A DNA stretch of 64,000 nucleotides from Callorhinchus milii (lineage: Eukaryota). The notes beneath the pieces are model-generated. The model made no database searches and was not told where the DNA came from. It saw nothing but the letters and a program-made list of their open reading frames with translations. Numbering within the stretch: the stretch's first letter is position 1; each line of letters opens with the position of its first letter. The DNA lies in contig NW_024704742.1 of the NCBI RefSeq assembly GCF_018977255.1, positions 17,052,001 through 17,116,000 on the forward strand, in the 5' to 3' direction. Shown one piece after another: positions 12,905 through 24,625 of this stretch. The position numbers and the translations under genes are program-made.

Positions 12905-13215
12905 GAACAGGAACAACCTGGTTCAATCCTGGGCAGAGCTGAGTTAACAGATCTAAGCCGGACAGTGCTACAATTATGTTGATATTCCTGTTTTGGGAAA
13001 CGGGAAAATAAAATCAAGAATTCCTACTGCTGGTCAGAGTCCAGAGACTCAGTGGTTTTGTGGATGTTAGTCTTCAACATCATTATACTCCTTTCTGTCG
13101 AATCGCCGAGTGACGTAACACAAGCCTCTTGGATAAAACACTGAAAAGTAGCTAGTCTCTGGGAAACTGCACCTCAGCATGAGTTGGCACTTTCAGGAGA
13201 GGAAGAGAGAAAAGA
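12905..13215 (+). mobile_element. Ancient SINE-like repeat (AmnSINE2-like, tentative)
   Basis: GGTTCAATCCTGG..GCTGAGTTAACAGATCTAAGCC..CTACAATT.. and end CAGCATGAGTTGGCACTTTCAGGAGAGGA; the same motif order recurs in about ten copies. Confidence 0.55.
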
Positions 13216-13759
13216 GAAAAACATAAAAGAAGAAATTAATTGCTACTTGAGCTAGGTGTCAGTGAGCCATCAGTATTAACACACTACATCGCTGAATGGT
13301 TTACAGCTTTCAGGAGAGGAGGGATAGCACTGAATTAAAAAAAAATTGTCTTCGAAGTAGCTTAACTAATTACACGTTATTAATTAATCTTTTTCCTTCT
13401 TGTTACAGTTATTTACTATCATACATTCTTAACAGTTAGCAATTCTCTCCACACTATATAGTTTTTTGTATACTTAGTTTTGTCAGCGGGAAATACTGTT
13501 GCTTAGCAGCGATTTCATGTTTTCCAACAGAGCTTCCAGACACAACAAATGAAATGTTTTTTCAAACCAGTATTGCTCATCATCTGTCCATTGAATGTCT
13601 TTTGTCTGTGTGACAATAGCAGTTTCAGAGTGAAGTATCTGTTAACAGGCATTTGAGGTTGCTAAAGGCAGTAAGATTTTGACGTTCCTGCTTCATTTCC
13701 CTCCTATTTGAGACCAAACCCTCATGCACTTGTTAAACTATCTATTTGGTGCAGTTAGA

Positions 13760-14719
13760 ATAATAATCTTTACATTTGATATTCAACAACAACAACTTGC
13801 ATTTATAACGTGCCCCTCATGCAGGGTAGCGTCCCAGAGCGCTTGACCGTGATGGAGCACAACGCCAAGCTGGGGGTAAGGGGAGATAATCATAGGCACG
13901 GACAAATGCGATCTAAATATGGGGAAGGAAGGGCCAAGGTGGAGGGATAGAGGAAGAGTGTTCCAGCGGCCTCAATGGTGGAACAGAGGGCACGCAGAAG
14001 GCCAGAGCCAGTCGAGCGGGGGCTACGGGTTGTGGGTTGCGGGGTAAGCAGGTCGGAGAGGTAGGGAGGTCTTAGGGCTTGAAGGGATTTGAAAACAAGT
14101 GTGAGGATCTTGAAATCGATCCATTCAGCGACAGGGAACCAGTACATATAATGCTTTATCACATACTTAGAATATCTCAAAGTGCTTTACAGCAGGTACT
14201 GTAAAGGGTAGTGAATGTGTACCCATCAGGTTGCACCTGAGAACGTCCTTTTCGACTGTGCCTACGGTCACCTCCCACTCCCCAAGACTGAGCATCGTGC
14301 TCCGTCAATGTCACACATTGATATTGCTATGAGGGACGCTATATAAATGCAAGCCGTTGTTGTTGTTGTGTATCTGTAGATAAAACACAGCAGCAATTTA
14401 TACACAGCAATGTGCTACAAACAACCATGAAGTGAATGATCAATTTTATCCGGGAGATTGATGGCCAGGAAACCAGACAAAAGTCCTTTCTCTTTTTAAA
14501 TAATGCCATGAGAATCTTCAACGTCCACCTAAACAGGCAGAAAGGATCTTGGTTTTAACATCTCATCTTAAGGACATCATTCTGATAATACGTTACTCCC
14601 CAAGCATTGAATTGGGAGTTTCAGCTTAGATTATAAGATCAAAGTCCCAACGTGGGTCTTGAACCCGCAACCTTCTTACTCAGAGGTAAAAATGCTACCA
14701 ATTGACCCAGGCTGACACC
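13760..14719 (-). mobile_element. Deu-domain SINE carrying two nested L2 family-B fragments (13783-14145 minus; ~14222-14368 plus)
   Basis: Host head at 14719-14650, tail at 13760. Insert 1 encodes WFPVAEWIDFKILTLVFKSL and is flanked by ATAT; insert 2 is flanked by TGTGTA. Confidence 0.8.
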
Positions 14720-14974
14720 ATTTAGCTTGCAGCTGTGCTTCTCATTTCATATTCACACAGGTTGCAGCAGAAGAATATGCAAGTATTGATGGGCATGATA
14801 TGACGCATGTTATAGTTCCATTTTCATCCCCCCTTCCCATCCACCCCATTGTTACTCCACAACTCCAGTGGTGTATACAGAGCAGATTGGTGGTTAGTTT
14901 GTTGGTGGCATGTCTGCCTTCTCATTTGTAGAATATGTAACTCTACTCCCCTGGTCATGCCCTCACTCTAACTG

Positions 14975-15280
14975 TAACTCTGGCCTGTTTCATACCACCT
15001 ACTACACCACACCAAACCACCATCAGTGAGTGAGCCTTCAGACACTTTGCCCCCTGTTGCTGGAATGCTTCCAAAATCCCTCTGCCTTGCGTCTGTGCTC
15101 TCTACTTTCAAAACCTGCCAGAAGATCTACCTCTTTGACTATACTTTCAGTCACCTCTTCACCACCATTCCACCCAAATGTTCCATCCAGTTTAGGCTCT
15201 CGCTCTATCTTTGTAAAGAGCTTTGAGACATTCACCCAACATGAAAAGTACTATATAAGTGTAAATTGTTGTTATTATTA
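14975..15280 (+). mobile_element. Old L2 3' fragment
   Basis: Translation LPKSLCLASVLSTFKTCQKIYLFD plus L2-type tail. Confidence 0.7.
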
Positions 15281-17093
15281 CTCAAATATCCATCTATTGT
15301 CTTTTAAATGCTGTTAAGAACTGGGTTTCAGCATTCATTTTTGATAAGCCACTCCACATTCTAAACTCGCTGAGTGTAAAACACATTCAGCTAACCAATA
15401 AGCAATTCAATCACATTTTAACATATCACAGATTATGTTCACTGGGTAAAAGTAACAGATGAGCAAGGAAACTAAGGAGAGGCTATTTCTGCAGAGCCTT
15501 GTCTCACTGTTAGATTGCAATTCAATTTGAGTTAAAGGATGATTGAAATGAATTGGTGCTGAGCTCAAATTTATAGATTACTGAGGTCAACCTGAAAGAG
15601 AAATACAGTATTGGTCTTCCGTACGCTCATCGGATTCTGGAGTTAAACCAGGTCACCTTTTTGATTTGCTGCATGCAGACAGCCAAAATATTGTCATCAA
15701 ATAATCCCTCAGACTAAATCTGCATGTGTATCTGACTGTTGCAATAGAATGGGGATTCAATCAGATTTCCATACCAATTGTATATTTCCACTTAAAGACC
15801 ATTATGGTTGTTGTTTCTTAATGACAAAATAAAGACCTGGAGAAAATGGGGGGAGAGGGGGATTTAACACTACAAAAATCCTAGGATAAATTTGATAAAA
15901 ATCAGGATTTAATCTGGAACATCCATTTATTTTTCGCATAGAGCAACATGTCTGGCTGCTCTGCCAGTCCCACTAATATGCTCAAAAGGCAGATCTGCTA
16001 TGTGAGTGTATTTGTAGGATCAGCATTCCAGACAACCAGATTTCCAGCTGTGCATGTACAATCACTGATTTGAAAAAAAATTGGAGAAATATATTTTAAG
16101 ATTAAAAGTTGAGGTAAAAGTTGTTTTATTAACCTTTTGCCATTCCCTGAGAAAAATGGATATTTATCTGTGCAAATCATTAAAAACAAATCCGTTTAAT
16201 GATCTTTGTCCACATCATATAGCTACTGTCTTGGAATAAAAGTCAGAAAGATACCTGTAACTTCAATTTAAAATGACACAACTCTTTTGAGGTTGACTGC
16301 TCAGAATTATCTCTGCTACATTAACATTTCACAGAAACACAATGTTCAACAGAATTCTGTCTTCACATTTCTGTGGACAAAGTTGGATTATCCTTTATCT
16401 TAGCTGCCATCAAAACATTATCTTTTTATTCTAAGTTAAAAAAAGATACCCTGAAAAACACACTATGCAAAATGCTCTACATACTTTCTGTGACCAGTTA
16501 GCTAGCTGACTTCAGTGAGGAAGACTATCAAAAGAATCTGCTCTGATTAAGTCACACTGAAGAAATGTAGATACATTTTAATGCAGCTAAATGGGTGATC
16601 AGTGATAGGTGGGAAAAGACCAATGCTAGTACAACTGCTGTACCTGCAAATGCTCTCCCCCAGGGGAGAAACACTGTTGAAATTTGAAGCAACAGATGGC
16701 CTGCCCTAAATCCAAACCCAAAGCAAACAAGAAAAACCTCCCACTGTTAGTTAATACATAATGGAACAGGAAACATGTTGGAAATGTGAGGACAGAATGA
16801 ATGGGTTTCCATTAGCAGAGGTGGAAAAGGAAAAGGATTTAGTGGATGGTGTGATTTTGACCATTGACTGATGGTACCCAGTCATTGTGAATCTGTTATA
16901 TCAGCTGGTCACTCACTCTTGACTATTTATGGGACATTACAGTGTGCAAATTGGCTTCCGAGTCCACCTGCAAAATAAATACACAATCACTACAATTTAT
17001 ACTGAATCCTGCGAAAGGCTCTGACATTTACTAAAGAGCTCTCATATCTTACTGATTAAAGTTCAAAGTTTTTGTATTGTTCTAAATACTTTG

Positions 17094-17463
17094 GTAGCTC
17101 AGTGGTTAGAGCATTCGCCTCGCAAGCAAGAGACCTGGGTTTGATTCGCAGCAGCACAAAATATTGGGCAAGTTTCCTTACTCCATACGCCTCTGTTTAC
17201 CTAGAAGTAAGTACGAACCCAGTTGTTAGTCAATTGGTGGATCGCTTTTCCAGGAGTAATAATTCCTTCAAAAAAGTAATAATAATAATTTGGTCACTTC
17301 AATCCACGACTGTTTGTGGGATACTGCTGTGCTCAATTTGCTGCCGTGTTCCGCCCACAAAATTTACAGTCAATTCACTTTAGCGTATATTCTGTGCAGC
17401 ACTTTGAGATGCCTTGAAGACGTGATAAAGCGCTATATCAAATGCAAGGATTATTATTACTAT
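17094..17463 (+). mobile_element. tRNA(Ala-like)/CORE/Deu-3'/L2-tail SINE, long form
   Basis: GTAGCTCAGTGGTTAGAGC..GGGTTTGATTC head; CORE-like TTGGGCAAGTTTCCTTACTCC..GCCTCTGTTTACCTAG; TGTTTGTGGGA..GCTGTG; tail GCGCTATATCAAATGCAAGG(ATT)n. Confidence 0.85.
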
Positions 17464-17760
17464 GTAGTTGAACATAAAAACAACAGAATAAAGCACTTAT
17501 CCATCAAGAACAGTTCCCATTTGGTGACCACAGAACATCCAGGATCGACGATCCCAAACATGTTCCGAAGTTTAAAAAGATACGAATTAAACAAGTTAAA
17601 TAGAGCAGACCTCGTAAATCAACCCTGCACCAAGGTCACAAGAAAATGGGGTCGACTATCCAAGTGTGTTATACTGTTATTTAATGAGAAGCAATTTGGC
17701 TTAACTGGCGTTGTAATTTTTACCTTGCATTGGTCATTGGGACAGACAGTAATGTAGAGG

Positions 17761-17955
17761 ACAGAAGTCTCTGGAAACACTCAGCAGGTCAGGCAGCATC
17801 TATGGAGAAGGGAAAGTGAGTCAACGTTTCTGACAAAGGATCGTGGACCTGAAACGTTGACTCACTTTCCTTTCTCCATAGATGCTGCCTGACCTGCTGA
17901 GTGTTCCCAGCGACTTCTGTTTTTGTTTCAGATTTCCAGCATCTGCAGTATTTTG
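17761..17955. repeat. Penelope-type palindromic repeat, 70-bp inverted arms around a hammerhead-like loop
   Basis: 17761-17830 is the reverse complement of 17851-17920 at 67/70 positions; 20-nt spacer TGACAAAGGATCGTGGACCT followed by GAAACGTT. Confidence 0.85.
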
Positions 17956-17967
17956 TGCAGTATCACA

Positions 17968-18292
17968 GTGGAGTCCTGTGGTTCAGTGGTTAGAGCACTC
18001 GCTTTGCAAGTGAGAGACCTGAGTTCAATTCCAGGCAGAGGGCGAAATCTTGGGCAAGTTTCCTTACTCCACACAGAGCCTAATAATAATCCCTCCAAAA
18101 CAAAAACAATAATAAATTGGTCATTTTCAATCTACGACTGCTTGTGGGACATTGCTGTGCGCAATTGGCTGCCGCGTTCGCCCACAAATATACAGTCAAT
18201 TCACTTTAGAGTGTGTTCTGTGAAGTGCTTTGGGACGTCCTCCCGACGTGAAAAGCGCTATATCAAATGCAAGGATTATTATTATTATTATT
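17968..18292 (+). mobile_element. tRNA/CORE/Deu-3' SINE, short form, with L2-A-type tail
   Basis: Head GTGGAGTCCTGTGGTTCAGTGGTTAGAGC; lacks the ~60-nt internal block; tail GGGACGTCCTCCCGACGTGAAAAGCGC. Confidence 0.88.
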
Positions 18293-19404
18293 TGTGTTTA
18301 GTAATGTGAAGGACACTGTCAGTAGCTCATAGGTGTAATATCAGAAAGCTTCACACTGCAAAGAAACCTTAAAATAATAATAGTCCTTGCATTTGATATC
18401 GTGTCTTATCACGTCATCAAGACTTTGAAAAGCGCTTCACAGGATATACTATAAAGTGGATTGACTGGGCAAGAAGAATCATCGTTAAATTCAATGATCT
18501 TGAGAAAACCTCATTATAAGTTCACCCAACAAGAGTGGTAAATTTCGACAACCGGCAGAGAATCATACTTGCTTTCATTATTACTGCACCCAGGACACAA
18601 TCAAGTTTCACATGAAACTTAATACTTTCTGTGACAGTTGCCAAGTTAATCAAGGGTTTTCTTCTGCACGAAAAAAACATTTTAGTCACATCATTTTCTC
18701 AAACATCAAATCCTATTAATCAGTGACTGTACACCCAGAAGCCACCTGAAACAAGTAAGATTGTTAAAGTTGCTTGTAAAATGCCTCCAGTATTCCTTGA
18801 GGAAGACATCTCCCATGGCTGTTTTGTCATGGTGGTAGCCTATTGTTAACAACATTGTAATTTCTGAATTCAATGACAGATTGGAATTCCACATAACCTA
18901 CATAAATTGTTCATATCATTTGACTAGTAGGATCATGTTGTTCAATTTATTGTCATGTTAACAGTAACTTTTGGCACAATTGCAAGCTAGCTGTAAATAA
19001 AGGACGAGTCGAAAACTATTTAATTTACTACTTATAGTAATTGCAGACTTTCTCAGCAGTTAGTACTGAATAAAAAGGAAATAATTTCCATTCTTGTAGC
19101 ACCTTACATATAATGATTCTGCCCAACTGGTCCATGCTGGTGTTTATACTTCACACGAACCTCCTATTCCCTGCTTCTATACCCTCTATTCCTTTTTCTC
19201 CATGTATGCATCAAGTTTCCTCTTAAATATGCTGATGCTCTTTGCTTCGATCATAGCTTCTGGCAAATAAGATCTATATTCTCTCACCATCTGTATAAAG
19301 AAGTTCCTCCTAAATTCTCTTTTATGTTTCATATTTACATCTATGCTCGTCATTTTAAACATCCACTTTATTGAAATCTTTCATAATTATAACCAAGTCA
19401 AGTC

Positions 19405-19975
19405 AAAACGTCTTGAAGTGCTTCATAGGTAATTTGTGTCGAATTTGGTTTTAAACGTGGCAACATTTTGCATACAGCATTGGTCCACAAATAGCTATGA
19501 GTTGAAAGGTGAATTTATCTGGAGGAATGTTGATCAGAACATTCAGGGCAATTGGCTTCTCTTTTTGAACAGTGTTATGGGCACTTTAACATTCAGCTGA
19601 AGAACAGGCAGAAGGCATCTCGATTGAAATTTCTCTTTGACCGTGCCTTCAGCTCCCCTCTCGACTCTCTTCCCCCTCCTCGCTCCCTCCCTTCCCTCCC
19701 CTCACCCTGACCATTTCCCCCCTCCTCGCTCCCTCCCTTCCCTCACCCTGACCATTTCCCCCCTGCTCGGGTCATGACCCAACTGTGCAGCGCCTTGGGA
19801 CGTCCTCCTGACGTGAAAGGCGCTTTATAAATGGAATCTTGTTGTTGTTGTTGTCTCTTCTAACAATGCAGTACCACATTGGAATATCAACCTAAACTGT
19901 AACCTCAAGCCCTGACGTGCGTGAACCTCTAACCTTCTGGCCCAGAGGCGAGAGTGCAGCCAACTGACCCAAGCT
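19405..19975 (-). mobile_element. Deu-domain SINE interrupted by a plus-strand L2-A 3' end (~19630-19853, with an internal ~40-bp duplication)
   Basis: Host motifs on both sides; insert CTCTTTGACCGTGCCTTCAGC..GCGCCTTGGGACGTCCTCC..(TTG)n. Confidence 0.75.
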
Positions 19976-20161
19976 GTTGTTTTGTCTGTTGCTCCCGGTC
20001 CCCACAGTAGCAACAGTACAGAGATTGCAGAAGCCTGTGATATTTCAGGATTAAATTCTTGTGTAATACAATTACAGCATTCAGGTCACTTCACTCGACA
20101 TCAGCAGAGATTGGGGGACCCCCCCCCCCCCCACCACACACATACACACACACACTGTGCC

Positions 20162-20216
20162 AGACACAATGGGCTGAATGGCCTCCTTCTATGCTGTATA
20201 ATTCTATGATTCTATG
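20162..20216 (+). mobile_element. CR1 LINE 3' tail
   Basis: ATGGGCTGAATGGCCTCCTTCTATGCTGTATAATTCTATGATTCTATGA, with the CR1 (ATTCTATG)n terminus. Confidence 0.8.
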
Positions 20217-20749
20217 AAGTAGATTCTGATATAAGTCCAGGAGGCTGCATTTGAGCACTCTTTCCATAATACCAACTAAATGAAGCTGGTATCCTGTTGT
20301 TTTGGCTGCACACAAATTCCAATCTCCAGGAACAGCCTCAGAGCAGATAAGTCCTCTGGTACAACCAAAGGCACCCCCCATGTCCACATATGTGCACTTT
20401 CCTGCAGGGGGTGAGTGGGTGACAATTAGAAGCTTCTACTGATAATAAAGAGCACAGCTTACCTCTTGACCAAGTGTCACACATTGTGTTTGAATGTAGC
20501 GATATCCTAGCACCTGTTTAGCACCAACAGCATATTGCATCTAACTTGGTGTCTCAGGTGGCCTATTATACCTAGATAAGTATGTCTTGCATATGCATCT
20601 CTGAGCTGTATCTCATTGCATCTCTTCTCAGACTATGTTAGGAAATGATCTAAGAACAGAACCAGGATAAAAATGCATCAGTAAAACGACAGGTGAAAAT
20701 AACACAACCCCAGGATTGGAATTCATTAGTTAAAGTACGTATATAATAA

Positions 20750-21250
20750 TAAAAATAATCCTTGCATTGGATACAAAAAAACAACAAAAACTTGCACTTA
20801 TATAGTGCCCTCCATGCAGGGTAGCATCTCAGAGTGCTTAACAGTAGCAGAGCGAGAGTGTTCCAAAGTTTTGGGGCGTAATGGGTGAAAGCACGACCTC
20901 TGATGGTGGGGCGGAGTGTGTGAGGAATGAGCAGGAGGCCGGTGCCAGTCGAACAGAGGCACCGGTGGTGGATTGAAGAGTGAGGAAAGGTAGGGAGATG
21001 CCAGAGAGTTGAGGGATTTGAACAAGATCTCGATACAGCATCTTATCACATTGTTAAGATGTCTCAAAATGCTTCACAGAATATACAATGAAGTGGATTG
21101 ACTGTGTATTTTGCAGCAGCCAGTTGCGCACAACAATGTCTCACAAACAGCCAAGCAGTGAGTGACCAATTTTACTTGGGGATGGTTCGTCTGGACACTG
21201 GGAGAAACTCCCTTCTCTTTTTGAATAGTGCCATGGAATCTTGAACATCT
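20750..21250 (-). mobile_element. Deu-domain SINE with an L2 family-B fragment (~20776-21031) nested in its tail
   Basis: GATACA duplicated at 20770-20775 and 21032-21037 around the insert; host SINE motifs resume afterwards. Confidence 0.8.
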
Positions 21251-21321
21251 TAGTGACACAAAGTTGAATCTGTCATAAATTTTGACCTAAATGTCAGGAA
21301 TAAGATGCTTAGTGTTCTGAA

Positions 21322-21500
21322 TTTTCTCTTCGACCGTGCCTTCAGCTCCCCTCTCGACTCGCTACCCCCTCCTCGCTCCCTCCCTTCACTCCCTTCACCC
21401 TGACCATTTCCCCCTGCTCGGGTCCCGACCCAATTGTCCAGCACCTTGGGATGTCCTCCCGACGTGAAAGGCGCTCTATAAATGAAATCTTGTTGTTGTT
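21322..21500 (+). mobile_element. L2 3' end (family A)
   Basis: Very similar to the 19630-19853 copy; (TTG)n tail. Confidence 0.85.
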
Positions 21501-22204
21501 ATTGTGAGCACAAACCAAATCCATCTTTGGAAGGTTATATATGGATCTATCATGAAACCCTTCATAATGTGATAATCATTCCCAACCATCCCAAATGTTG
21601 CACCCTGCTGGCTCATCTCCTCCATACCACTTTCTTTCATCTGTTTGCTGAACTGTTTAAGCTTTTTTGCGGACATATAACCCTCTGATACAAAAAAGAG
21701 CCTGGAGCTTGAAATTTCTCATGCTTCTAAGCTTAAGACCAAGGGAATTGCGCAAACGATCTTGAATTTGGTCTTAATTTGGAAGCTAATTTTTCATGGT
21801 TATTTCTGAGTACTATGGATAATCACACTCCAATTAAGATTGAACATAAAGCAGTTTTCCAAAATTTTGTATTTTTAAGGCAAAGGACTAAAACCTAAGA
21901 AGACAGGATATTTTGGGCCCTTGCATCTCAAAACTTTTCTCAAGTAATTACTGTGAGGCTGCTTCCTGGTGACACTGAACACTGCAGGGAAGTGCACAAG
22001 CACCCCACAGAGTCACCCATTCTTTTTCCTCATAGCAGGAGTTCTGCTTTTCACTTGGAACTTCCCTACAGCAGCAAGGCTGAAACTGGGCACACAGGGA
22101 AGGGAAAGAATCAAACTTAGACCCACTACTCAGATGTTTAAAAAATAAACTCCATCCAAAAAACAAACATAAAATGTCATAGAACACCCAAAAGTACGAT
22201 GATG

Positions 22205-22857
22205 ATAATAATAATCCTTGCATTTGATATAGCGCCTTATCACATTATCTTCTCAAAGCGCTTTGGAGTCCTGTAGCTCAGTGGTTAGAGCACTTGCCTC
22301 GCAAACGAGAGACCTGGGTTCGATTCCCAGCAGGACGAAACCTTGGGCAAGTTTCTTTACTCCACACACCTGATAATAATCCTTCAAGAAAAAAATATAA
22401 TAAATTTGAGACGTCCAAAAGACGTGAAAAGCGCTATATCAAATGCAAAGATTATTATTCACAGGATATACTGTAAAGTGGATTGAATGTTTATTTTATT
22501 TTGTTTGTGGATGAACGCGGCAGCCAGTTTGCGTGCAGCAATGTCCTTCAAACAGCCATGGAGTGAGTGCCGAATTTTATTTGGGGGGCTTTGTTGGCCA
22601 GGAAATCGGGAGACACTCCCTTCTCTTTTTGAATAGTACCATGGGATCCTCAACATCCACCTGGACAGGCAAACACAATTTCGATTGAACGTCGCATCCG
22701 AAGGACGTTACCTCCAACAATGCAATACACCCCCTGCACTGCATTGCAATGTTAGCTTAGAGTTGAACTATGTGATTTGAAGTTCCCATGTGAGGCTTGA
22801 ACCCACAGCCTTCTGACTCAGAAGCGAGAGTGCTACCACCGTGCCAGGCTGACACAC
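22205..22857 (-). mobile_element. Deu-domain SINE with a plus-strand, internally deleted tRNA/CORE SINE (22264-22459) nested in its tail
   Basis: Host CTCAAAGCGCTT|..|CACAGGATATACTG is split by TGGAGTCCTGTAGCTCAGTGG..AAATGCAAAGATTATTAT. Confidence 0.8.
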
Positions 22858-22867
22858 AGCGCCAGCG

Positions 22868-23170
22868 CCAGGATGACTCAGTGGGTAAATCCACCATTTG
22901 CAGTATTGTGACATGTGGACCAGATAAGATTCCAGGTTTGATTCTGACTCTGTCAGAGTCAGGGCAACAAGGAGGCATTACAATTGGCCCTACTCTTCCC
23001 AGGTTAGGGAGAAGGGAAATCATCCAACTCAAAGTTTCTAACTCCAGATCTCTATACAGTGACGCTGATGGAAAATACACTTCAACAGACCTTACTTAGG
23101 TGAGGAGAGTATAAGATTTAGTTGCGGTACTGTCCGCAAGTGGAGCAGACGGCCAACACTCCCTTCGTCA
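22868..23170 (+). mobile_element. Ancient SINE-like repeat (AmnSINE2-like, tentative)
   Basis: GGATGACTCAGTGGGTAAAT..CCAGGTTTGATTC..TACAATTGGCC..GGTTAGGGAG..GGTGAGGA..GCCAACACTC. Confidence 0.55.
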
Positions 23171-24625
23171 AGATAGAGGTGAGCCACGATAGGAAGAGGG
23201 GTGTGAAAACAAAAACAATCAGTTAGGCTGAAAATGTCAGTACAATACAGTACAACAATTACAATACACATTTACATTTATTATAGTGTCTTTCATGTCG
23301 GGAGGATGTCCCAATGTGAACAGTTGTGTATCATGCCTTAAGCTTATCCTGTCCTCAGCCTGTACCACCCCCCCACCCATACACATATAGTGTCCTCAGA
23401 CTGTGCAAATTCATATGTACTCATTCAACAAAAATCATTGAACAGCGATCAGAACACCCCCTATCGATTATGCCATCCTTCTCCACAGACCAGGGACAAT
23501 ATGTGATGAATGGCAACACTTTCACTCTTGTCCTGTTGTGAATAATCTGCCACAGCACAAATCAGGTCAAAATGGCTCTATACTGTACTACAATAATAAT
23601 AATCCTTGCACGTTTCTCAAACAGGGAATCTGGCCCTCAGCAGCCAAAAGTTTGAACCACCTGTTGAAGGTCATCAGATTACAGGGATATATCTGAATTC
23701 ACTCAACATGCTTCAGGAAAATTATACTAAGACTAGGATAAGATCAATTCAATGTTGCTAAAGCATAATGAATTGCATTGAAGAGATGATCCTAACAGAG
23801 AATCACTATATAAATTTATTTCAGTGCAAACTGCAAGTACTGACTTCTGTGATGACTACTGTATGTTCATAGCCTCGGGTAAATTCAGCTGACATAAATT
23901 ACCAGCTCTCATGATGAATAATGTCCCAGGGAACATTTGGTTCCTAGAATTAATAGGTATGAAGTTGCGCGGTTTGGGAGCCGAGCCATTTGGGGTGTCA
24001 CAGCTTACTGTGAGTCATGAAGCTAATGGCAATTCAATGAGCTCTTCCAGGCACCAACTCAAAAAAGTAATCATATTGATGACCAAATGTAGGATACTAC
24101 AGAGGCATGTGTGTGTGTGGGGATAGTTTTATAGTGCTAGGTGCCAGGGTAACAAAAAAGGATCATAACAAAAATAAATATTAAGCTCTTTCCAACTTAA
24201 GATATTGGAGAAATAAAATGTTTCATCCTGATTTATAGTGCTCACCGGTTGGCAAACTTAACCAGCAAGACAACTCGCAATTCAGATCACATTGATCTGG
24301 TGTTATTCCAGTGGGTATTTTTAGAAAGCTGCAAGTGCTTTATATTTATAAAGTGGGTTGAAAATTATTAATGTTTAAGGGTTTCAAGTATAAAACTAAC
24401 AAGAAAACATGCAAAGCACTTGTAGCCAGACTGTAGTTCTGCTGCTACAAAAATTGTACTCAATATATCAATGAAGGTCCAGTGGGTAAAGACACCAGCC
24501 TGCACAGCTCTAAACCATACAGACCAGAAGAATAAAGGTTCGAATCCTGGTCTATGCTGAGTAACCTGATCTCAGATGGGACAATAACAGGGGACAAGTC
24601 AGGGCCACGACTTGGGTTAATTTTA

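Noticed and set aside
22264..22335. tRNA-Ala-like sequence (also at 17968, 30511, 35929)
   Set aside because: No acceptor-stem closure, and each continues into a SINE body: SINE heads, not tRNA genes.
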